From positions 9,362,001 to 9,426,000 of the forward strand of contig CM102283.1 in NCBI GenBank assembly GCA_046563655.1: a DNA stretch of 64,000 nt. Direction: 5' to 3'. The stretch's first letter is position 1; each line of letters begins with the position of its first letter. Below, one piece after another: positions 55,404 to 64,000 of the stretch. The translations under genes were made by a program, and so were the position numbers. The DNA is from Yuukianura sp. NJ FZ-2021 (lineage: Eukaryota). The notes under the pieces were generated by a model that made no database searches, was not told the origin of the DNA, and was given only the letters and a program-made list of their open reading frames with translations.

Positions 55404-57296
55404 ATGATCAAGTGTGAACTGTCCTTGTTGACACTTTTGCTGTCGACTTGTTTTCTGGGTGAGTCCAAAACACTAAATTTCTTGTTTTGGAAACTTGTTT
55501 AAAAGTAATACGACCTTGGGTTTTAATTGAAGTGACAAACGAATTGGAGCAATGGCTGCCCTTGAACACATACAAAGTCCACACAGATCCGAATCATACC
55601 AAGCCAGACAAAATTTCAGCTGGAAATTTATTCGCTTGGCTCAATTTGAAAAATAGCATCAAATTCAGACTATGGACCAGGTAAGGATTTTCGAAATTTT
55701 GAAAATTTTCAAAAAATGGTTTTCCGTTTGAAAATTTTTTTGCATGTGAATTGAAATTTAGTGCAAATCAATCCAAAACAAACCAGTTTTCAAACTGATT
55801 TTTTTTTGTGAGTGTCAATTAAAATTGGTAATGGCAATCAATTAATTTCAACTTTTATGAGTTGACCTTGGTAAAATTGCATGTATTTAGCAATGAAATA
55901 TTTCATTCCCTTATGAATTATGACTAAAATTACGAAATTTTGATAGAATTTTTAAAAACTTGGCCGATGTTGAAAAATTTTGAAATCCTTTCAGGTTAAA
56001 TCCGCACTTGGCCCAGGAAATCAAGTACAAAGATGCAGAAACTCTGAAAACGAGCAACTTCGATCCGCGCAGACTCACTAAAGTGATAATCCACGGATTC
56101 GCTGACAGTGCCACGGAAGCAGGCGTCACTCCTTATTTATTTCACATGCGTGATGCTTATCTGCACTTAGGAGATGTGAATGTGCTGATCATGGACTATG
56201 CTTTGTTCAGTCTGCCTGTGTTCTACTACGCTGCTGCCCCGGATTTGCCTGGAGTTCGGTTAGCCGAGTTCCTGGAATTCCTTCTGACGGAGTCTCCCGA
56301 TTTAAGTCCAAGGTCAATCCACTTGATTGGATTTAGTTTAGGAGCACAGGTTGCAGGGTTAGCTGGGCATAGATTGAAAGGTCAACTGGGCAGAATCACG
56401 GGACTTGACCCGGCAGGACCAACTTTTCATTATGTGTCGAATGACCTGAGACTGGACCGTTCAGACGCACAATTTGTGGACATAATTCACACTTCTTCGG
56501 GCAAAAAGTTCTGGAGCCAAATTCATCTTGGAATTGACGAAGCTCTGGGGCACGCGGACTTTTATCCGAACAACGGCACACACCAGATTGGTTGTGTCAA
56601 ACCAAAAATCTTCAATTTTAGTTACAAAAGTAAGTCTAACATACAAATATTAGTTTTTAAAAAGTTTTTTTTTTGAAATTTTGACTTTTTGAAATTTTGT
56701 GACAGATTTGGAGTGTAGTCATGGAAGATCTGCTAGATACTTTATAGAATCAATTACATCGCCTCTGGCCTTTCCTGCTGTGAGGTGTTCGTCATTCAAA
56801 AATTTTGTGGCGGGAGATTGCAGTTGCAGCAAAATTCGCACTGAAGACATTCCATTTATGGGGGAACATTTGAACCATGCGTAAAATCCAAAATTTTTAA
56901 AATTTGAAACAAAATCAAAATTTTTTAACTTTTTGTTGATGTTTTTGTGAATTCAGAACTCGTGGGATTTTTCAACTTGTGACGAGAACGCAAAAACCGT
57001 TCGGTCTTGGCCCTCCAATGAACATTCAGCTTCCAAATGTCACTCCAGCACTGAACAAACGATTGGGTGACCTCATTGACCCCCGGAGGGCAATTCAAAA
57101 TCAAAATTTTTCAAAATTTGAAAGTCATGAAGCTACAGTAACGTTCAACAAAACAAAAATGCAATTGGAGTTCAAAAACACGTACAACGCCCTGGACCCG
57201 CCGAACGACGACGTTGCCAAACTGTGTCTTGGTTTACTCTATGCAAATAATTCTACAATTAACGGAAAATATTTACAATTACAATATTTATGTTGA
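55404..57296 (+). CDS. Pancreatic lipase-like / phospholipase A1 family protein, 5 coding exons
   Basis: Signal MIKCELSLLTLLLSTCFL; TKVIIHGF; IHLIGFSLGAQVAG (Ser); ITGLDPAGP (Asp); RLDRSDAQFVDIIHTS; GHADFYPNNG..QIGC; CSHGRS (His). Confidence 0.92.
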
Positions 57297-57377
57297 CTAT
57301 TTATATTTTTTATAATACATGACATTTTATATATAATACATTTTGTATAATATATTTTACAGTAGTATAACTTTTTC

Positions 57378-58361
57378 TTAGTTCTTATCAGAGTGGTTTT
57401 CGTCGAGGTACCACTTCTTCTTTTCATTTGGCAACTTCGCTTCTTTTCCTGGGGTTCGATCCCTAGGTGGGAGGGTGGCGATGATCCCCGGGGGTACGAA
57501 ACCCCCCTCCGACGGGGTTTCTGTAGTAGAAGTTTCATTTTTGTTTCCACCTTCTTCATCAGCAGCATCAGGAGGAGGTTCAGAAGTTGTTGTTTCGGTA
57601 CCTTCTTCACCTTCTGCAGTTTTGGCATCAGGCTCTTTTTCGGTATTTTTGTCTTTACCTTTGCCTTTACCTTTGTTCAATCCCTTCGCAACCCCGTGTG
57701 CTTGTGGCGGTAACTTTTTGTTGATACCCCTTCCTGCGGTACCGTTTGTTGTTCCTGAAACATCAGTGGCGTTTGGAGGTAATTTGTCCGTGGCGTTAGC
57801 AGGCAGTTTGCCCGTAACAGAACGCCCAGGACCGTTTTTCACATCTGTGGCGTTAGCAGGCACTTTGCCTGTGACGGTACGCCCGGGGCCGTTCTTCACA
57901 TCTGTAGCGTTAGCAGGCACTTTGCCTGTGACGGTACCCCCAGGGTCATTCTTAACATCTGTGGTGTTAGCAGGCACTTTGCCTGTCACTGTACGCCCAG
58001 GTCCGTTTTTCACATCGGTGGCGTTAGCAGGCACTTTGCCTGTTACGGTACGCCCAGGTCCGCTCTTCACATCGGTGGCGTTAGCAGGCACTTTGCCTGT
58101 CACTGTACGCCCAGGCCCGCTCTTCACATCGGTGGCGTTAGCAGGCACTTTGCCTGTCACTGTACGCCCAGGTCCTTTTTTCACATCGGTGGCGTTAGCA
58201 GGCACTTTGCCCGTCGCTGTTTTTGTGACGTCTGTGACATTGGCCATTTCGTCAACTCCCGCGTACCGTTTTGCTCTTCCCGCACTTAAAATTTGTGTAC
58301 TTACTTGAAAAAATAGTGTCGCAAGAATAAGTAAACGAAGTTTCAGCCTCGCTCTCCCCAT
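57378..58361 (-). CDS. Intronless secreted repeat protein, paralogue A (327 aa; seven 19-aa TGKVPANATDVKxGPGRTV repeats)
   Basis: ATG-initiated ORF with signal peptide, RAKR site and 57-bp tandem repeats; the N- and C-termini are conserved with 58968-59660. Confidence 0.85.
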   Translation of the reverse strand: MGRARLKLRLLILATLFFQVSTQILSAGRAKRYAGVDEMANVTDVTKTATGKVPANATDVKKGPGRTVTGKVPANATDVKSGPGRTVTGKVPANATDVKSGPGRTVTGKVPANATDVKNGPGRTVTGKVPANTTDVKNDPGGTVTGKVPANATDVKNGPGRTVTGKVPANATDVKNGPGRSVTGKLPANATDKLPPNATDVSGTTNGTAGRGINKKLPPQAHGVAKGLNKGKGKGKDKNTEKEPDAKTAEGEEGTETTTSEPPPDAADEEGGNKNETSTTETPSEGGFVPPGIIATLPPRDRTPGKEAKLPNEKKKWYLDENHSDKN

Positions 58362-58967
58362 TTCGAAAAATTTGTGAACGGAAAGTTAAATTTTTGTTGT
58401 TCCAAATGAATACAGTGCGTGTTAACAAATATGAGCTTTAGGTTTGAGCATGTAACCACTAAAAATTGAAATCGTCTATAAAATTGGTGTTCAATTGGTA
58501 TATGGCTTTAAACAATGGGCTTTTAAAAAGAGTTTTTGAAGAATGCCATTCTTCGACTCATGGCTTTCAAGGACATTAAGCACGACGAGGTTAAAGTAGT
58601 TAGTGACGTAATGCTCGTAAAACAAACTAAAATTTCTAAAACCCATTTGTGTTTTTATTAGTAAACAAAATATTGAAATATAACTTTAGAACAAAAATTT
58701 TGAAATTGTGAGGATTTTGAAACATTTGTGCGAAAACAGCATATGACAATGACATTCGTATTTAATAATTCTTTTTCCCGCATTTTTTTTACAGTTTGAC
58801 CTTTGACCTCTACCAGACGTAACACAAAGACTGACAAGGTAACAAAACATTACCGTCCGATTTTATAGACAGACATAAATTTGGGCAAAATTTCTCAGAT
58901 AAGACGCGTATTATATGCGAGGAAATACGGTATATACATAATATATTATAAATATGTATAGATACGA

Positions 58968-59660
58968 TCATTTAGGCGAGTCGTCGGTGCTGTACCACTT
59001 ATTCTTTGGAGTTGTGGACTTCGGGGCTTTTCCGGGGGATCGATCCCTGGGGGGTAGGGTTCCGACGACCCCCGGGGGTACGAAACCCCCACCCCCCGAG
59101 GGGGTTTCTGTCGTGCTAGAAGGGGCTTCTCTTTTTCTACGCTCTCCGTCGGGGTTTTGAGAAGGTGGTTTAGTTGTGGTACCGTCTTCATCTTCTTCTT
59201 CGGAAGGACGTGCCGTGGTTGTGGTCGTGTGTTTGTGTCCTTTGCCTTTACGCTTGAGTTTCTTGGTACCTTTCTTTGCAGCCTCTTGTGCTTCTGGCGG
59301 TGACTTTTGACCTACGGTACCGTTTGTTACCCCTGAGGTATCAGTGGCATTTGGAGGTAACTTGTCCGTTACGGTACCAGTCGTGTTAGCAGGCAGTTTC
59401 CCAGTCACTCCTTTTCCTGGTCCATTTTTCAAATCAGTTGCGTTTTTCGGTAATTTGCCCGTCACGGTACCCCCAGCGCCGTCTTTCAAATTGGTACCGT
59501 TTTTCGGTACAGCGTCCGTCGCTGTTTTTGTGAGGTCTGTCACGTTAGTCACGTCTCTTGCGAATCGCTTTCCTTTTCCCGCACTTAAAATTTGTGTACT
59601 TACTTGAAAAAACAGTGTTGCCAAAATGAGTAAACCAAGTTTCACCCAAGTTCTCCCCAT
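58968..59660 (-). CDS. Intronless secreted repeat protein, paralogue B (230 aa; ~2.5 repeats)
   Basis: Near-identical signal peptide (LLILATLFFQVSTQILSAG) and shared TTETPS.GGFVPPG..xTLPPRDRxPGK...KWY C-terminus. Confidence 0.85.
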   Translation of the reverse strand: MGRTWVKLGLLILATLFFQVSTQILSAGKGKRFARDVTNVTDLTKTATDAVPKNGTNLKDGAGGTVTGKLPKNATDLKNGPGKGVTGKLPANTTGTVTDKLPPNATDTSGVTNGTVGQKSPPEAQEAAKKGTKKLKRKGKGHKHTTTTTARPSEEEDEDGTTTKPPSQNPDGERRKREAPSSTTETPSGGGGFVPPGVVGTLPPRDRSPGKAPKSTTPKNKWYSTDDSPK

Positions 59661-60048
59661 TTTTAAAAATTTGTGAACTGAACGTTAAATTTTCATTCGA
59701 AATGACTAGAGTCCTAAGCATGTTATGTAAAATGAATTTGTGGTGTAAACGTGTGAGTACTAAAAAATTTATCGTCAATAAAATTGTTGTTCAATTGTTT
59801 CTGGTTTTAAACAATTGACTTTCAAAAAAGTTTTTGGAAAAATGAAATTCTCCGTCTTTCAGCTTTCAAGGACGCGAAGTACACCGAGGTTATGTCGTTA
59901 ACGACCTAATGCTCGTAAAACGGATTAGAAATTTCAAAAACTGGCTTTTTATTAAAGAAAATATTAAAATATAATTTAGAACACAAATTTTTCAAAATTT
60001 TAGTTAATTGTTGAGTATTTAGTTTTTAGAGAGATGCACAGATTTTGG

Positions 60049-62749
60049 TCAGAGACATGCTTCCGTAGCAGAGTCGCCGTTTGCACCCATTTCACTCTGT
60101 CTCCTGATTATCATCGTCTACAAAAATTAACACCTAATTGTTAGTTAATTAAAATAATTCAAAACTAGTTAAAATAATTAAAATATGATAAATTAATGTT
60201 TTAGCAACACACTAAGCAATTTAAAGTTTCATCCAAGTGTTTTTAAATTAAGGTTCAGAAATAAAAATATTTTTAGTAAAAAAAAAACACTAAGCAATTT
60301 GTTTTCATACGACCATCCACCACCCACCACCAACATTGAAGGCTGTGCAAATAGAGCCGCTGCGGTGCAGACTTTTAGAAAAACTGAGATTTTGAAAATT
60401 CAAAATTTTGAAAATGTGAAATTTTGAAAATGTGAGATTTTTGAAGCATTTGTGCAAAACCAGCATGTGACAACGACATTCTTATTTAATATTTCATTTT
60501 CCCGCGTTTTTTTTACAACTTGACCTTTGACCTCTACAAGACGGACACAACATTACCAAGCTAAGCATCTTTCATAAAGAACACACCGTGACTGCTAGAG
60601 CATACTATGTGAGTATAAGTTTTTAAATATTATAATGTATTAATATATAATAATTTTATATAATATATTAATATATTTTATGTTGACTGAATCTTGTGTA
60701 GATTATTTACCGACATTGTCGTAGGAGCACAAGAGTAGTCTCCACGTGACGACTTCCTTGGACAAAAGCGTCTGCGTAGAACAGACCGCACTTCACCATT
60801 TCCAAAGCAAAACAGCATTGAGACACAGAGACCCTGGAGTCAAAATTTTAAAAAGTTCAAAATTTTGAAATTTCGAAAGTTTTCAAAATTTCCTAACCTG
60901 GAGTGAGAGTGAAATGGAAGAAACGTATTCGTAGACCAGTTCCCAGTCGGATCCAGGTTCTGGACGAAAGGGAGTGAGGAGGTAGTGCAATCCCAGCAGC
61001 GGAATCAAAATCAAAGTTGCTTTGGCTGCCTTCAAAATTTGAAATTTTGAAAATGCAAAGTTCCAAATTTTGAAAACTTTTTTTGAAATGTTTTTAACTT
61101 ACTAAACCTACCTTGCGAATAGCATTTTGGTTGTTGGGGTCAACAATGCCCGATTCCCGGCGAGCTGCCTGATTTGGATTTCTGCGGTGATTGTCATGCA
61201 GTTTGTGGAGCAGAATACGCAGAATGTTGATCAAAAAAACCAAACTTGAAACCAAACAAATGCAAACTGGAACGGACAGGAACCAATTATAAGATGAGTC
61301 GCCGACCCAGCACCTAAAAAAGCAAAAATTTCGGAGAACGTGACAGCTCACTGGTATAGGCAGCCTTCCTGGATCGCAGGACGTGGGTTCGAGTCCCGCT
61401 CGGTTCATTTTTTTTCTTACCTGTCGTTTTCATTGGGGTCCAATGACCTGAATACTGAGTATAATGTAACAGGTATGATTGGTCCTAGCCATCCGAAGAT
61501 GTAGAAGCCAATCAAAAGCTTTCCTTCGGCCCGGGTGAAAGTAAAGACAATCAGAGTGTGGAGGTAGAAGCCTTCACAGAACATCCAGAAGTAGTTGGCC
61601 ACCATGAAGTACTGGACGTTAATGTGAAGTGGGATACACCAGATCTAAAATTTAACAAACTTTCAAAAAGAATTGTTTTTTCAAAATTTTGATTTTGAAT
61701 AGTTACCCCGTTGTCTGGATTTTGTAAAACTTTAGGTAGAGTGACGACTGCTCCGTACCAAGTGAGCCACAGAAGGTTGTTGATTATAAAAGATACAAAA
61801 AGATGCTTGTGAATTCGGACTCTCGTGCACTCCAGGCAGCTAGATTTAAAAAACAAGTTTTCAAAATTTTGAAAATGATTTTTTTAAGTTTTTTTCAAAA
61901 TTTTGAAGTTACCGAAACGAGCAGAATATGATGAGGGATATGATGAGAGCACAAATGGATATGACGTAACCCACTTGATGAATTTTGATTACCGTGGTTC
62001 TTGTCTGCTCAAAAAAGATGTCAAAATTTAAAATTTCGAAAATGACAGATCAGCAATAAGTTATGGAAAGTTTAGAAGAAAAAAGTGTGGTGAAAATGTT
62101 TTTGATTTTTTTTTGAAAAATGTTTTAAACATGACACTTCAAGTAATCTCTTGAGAATTTCATCTTCAAGAGCTTTCGTTACAACAAAAAGGCTTTTCCG
62201 GAGGTGTAACAAAAGCTGACAACAAAAAGTTTAGTTGAAACAGAACACAAAAGGCGCAAAAATTATTGCCAAACTTTTTTTGAAATCTGAAAACCTCGTT
62301 CGAAGGTCGATCTGGTTTCACTTTTTCAAAAAATCCAAAAACATTGCTACAAGAAACAAGAACCAGAGTACTTGTAGCAATTTGTACAAAGAATTGTGTA
62401 GCACAAACAAAATTTTGAAGTGTTTTAGAAAATCTAAAAAAATCTTTTAAAAAAAATTGAAACTTGCCGCTAAGTCGTCAATGTCCACACAAGTTGTGTA
62501 ATTTGACCAAGTTGCGTTGGTTTCTGGATGTCTAAACCAAGTTCCATCTGGCAAACACGTCTTGTGAGCAAAACCTGCGTAAAAATGAAATTTTATTTTC
62601 AGAAATTCCAAGTTTTCAAAAATTTTGAACTTACGATGACGATCAAACCCGATAATAAAATATGGACAAGGTTCCTCTGCTCTTTGTCCCGCTCTAGTTT
62701 CGTTCCAGCATGACCATCCATCAAAAACGCGAGGACAAAAGAGTCCGAC
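60049..62749 (-). CDS. Class B GPCR of the calcitonin/CGRP/DH31 receptor family; the extreme 5' exon(s) were not identified
   Basis: FCPRVFDGWSCW...CP.F..GFD; CLPDGTWFRHPETNATWSNYTTC; LECTRVRIHKHLFVSF; ANYFWMFCEGFYLH; AKATLILIPLLGLHYLLTPFRP; QGLCVSMLFCFGNGEV; the last exon 60049-60117 ends SATEACL*. Confidence 0.92.
61336..61415 (+). pseudogene. tRNA-like element (degenerate tRNA or SINE head) antisense inside a 107-nt GPCR intron
   Basis: A-box-like CAGCTCACTGGTATAG, perfect B box GGTTCGAGTCCC in a GTGGG/CCCGC T-stem, GAAC/GTTC acceptor remnant and a T8 terminator; the anticodon arm is not canonical. Confidence 0.6.
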
Positions 62750-63428
62750 TGGAAAAAAAATTCAAAATAAATTACATTTTGGCATTTCTAGGTGTACTAT
62801 GCCAAAAAGGCGTCAAAATATTTTGAAGCGAACCTTTTTGTTCAGTACAATTCATCAGGATTAGTGTTTTTGCAGGCACGCAACGGCCATGGTTTTGTTT
62901 TTAAAAAAATGTGGCTAACTGTTTCCAAAATTTAACAAGTTATGAAAAAGTTGAAAAGTTAGACAAAATCTTGGTTGAAAGAAACCAAAAAACTGAAATT
63001 CTGAAAAAAATTCAGCCCAATTTTTTCTCCAATTTCAAAGTTTTTTTTTCTTAGTTAGTATTGTGGATTACCGCTCACTTTTTCGCCAAACTTTTCTGGT
63101 TTTTATAAATTCAAGGCACGATTTTTGATAGAAATCAGAGCATCAGATGGACTTTAATTGTGTGACCACCCGCCAGTATCCGCAGCATCACATCCATCAT
63201 GGCCAGCACATTTCTACTGCCAGCACATTTAAGACAGTTCTATTTTTAGGAAAGTAGGAATCTAGCATGTGGCTTTTCTAAGTTTCCTGAGATGGCCATT
63301 TCCTTAATACCTTCGTCCACGAATCTCACAAAAGTTTGAAGATTGTAGCCATGATCCATCGTCATCATAATTCCGTCTGACAAGCATTCCTGGTCGCTTT
63401 CACTCTCACTTTCACCAAAGCTTCTTAC

Positions 63429-63516
63429 AAAAACTTCCCCAGTATTTGGATTTTTCCAACAAAAACTTCCCCAGCATTTGGATTTTTCTGACAAAAACTT
63501 CCCCAGCATTTGGATT
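63429..63516. repeat. ~31-32-bp tandem repeat, ~3 copies
   Basis: CAAAAACTTCCCCAG(C/T)ATTTGGATTT recurs three times. Confidence 0.8.
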
Positions 63517-64000
63517 TACTCTAATGGAACTTTCTCAAATCCCACCGCTTTTCCCGCGCTTAAATGCTTTCATGACGCAGTTCCGATTTTTTCATTTTTA
63601 CTTAGATTTTTTAACTGATTAAACTTTGGATCACGGCATGCCAGAAACAAAGAAATTTTCCACTTTTTGAAAGTAGTGAAAGCGACACTTTCTAAATTTA
63701 AGAAATTTCCAGAAACGAAGAGTGCTTGATACAAAAGTAGACAAAAACCTAATTTTTCTAAAGTGTTTCAACAGTTTCCTTATTTAAAAACTTTTGAAAT
63801 TTGTATTTACGAGGTTCGTAAAAGTCAAAGTAGAAATCAAAGTTTTCCGTTTGAGACGATTCGATTTTGAAACAAAAGTTTTTCGCTTTTGACAAAATTT
63901 TGGACTTTTTTTTTAAAAGAAACGTGAGAGTTGTTGCAAATTGGGGATAAGGACGACACTACTTTGCTCTTTGATGCTGCCAGAGTTTCAAAATTTTGAA

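Noticed and set aside
57475-58308. 277-aa plus-strand ORF opposite paralogue A
   Set aside because: Antisense shadow of the 57-bp repeat; the signal peptide and paralogue conservation are on the minus strand.
63246-63509. 87-aa ORF as the missing GPCR 5' exon or a nested gene
   Set aside because: It starts in a tandem repeat, has no signal peptide or family motif, and ends in a stop without a clear splice link.

Overview
A gene-dense, AT-rich eukaryotic window with short spliceosomal introns. RpL11, Rad21, TASK and DH31-receptor sequences look arthropod-like, but the taxon cannot be fixed from sequence alone. About 24 protein-coding genes were reconstructed by hand-splicing: a TASK-type K2P channel (5' part) with a nested antisense SUN-domain gene, a small secreted protein missed by the ORF track, a tetraspanin, RpL11, Rad23, a divergent HMG-box gene, a UBF/UBTF homologue, a frameshifted low-complexity gene, a trypsin-like protease, VHL, WDR34-like, NKAIN, an AQP11/12-type aquaporin, Rad21, NUDT16, SOSS-B/NABP, UBE2S, an acatalytic carbonic anhydrase, a Siah-like E3 ligase, a mucin, a lipase, two paralogous secreted repeat proteins and a calcitonin/DH31-type GPCR. 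Non-coding highlights: two intronic H/ACA snoRNAs with inferable rRNA targets; an 83-bp palindromic MITE with an 8-bp target-site duplication just before the protease catalytic Ser, possibly spliced out as a new intron; a 59-bp satellite beside a palindrome-rich block; a tRNA-like element in a GPCR intron; arrays of AGGTCA nuclear-receptor elements; and PATC-like phased A/T introns confined to non-housekeeping genes. All gene models are manual and reference sequences are quoted from memory; no databases were searched.
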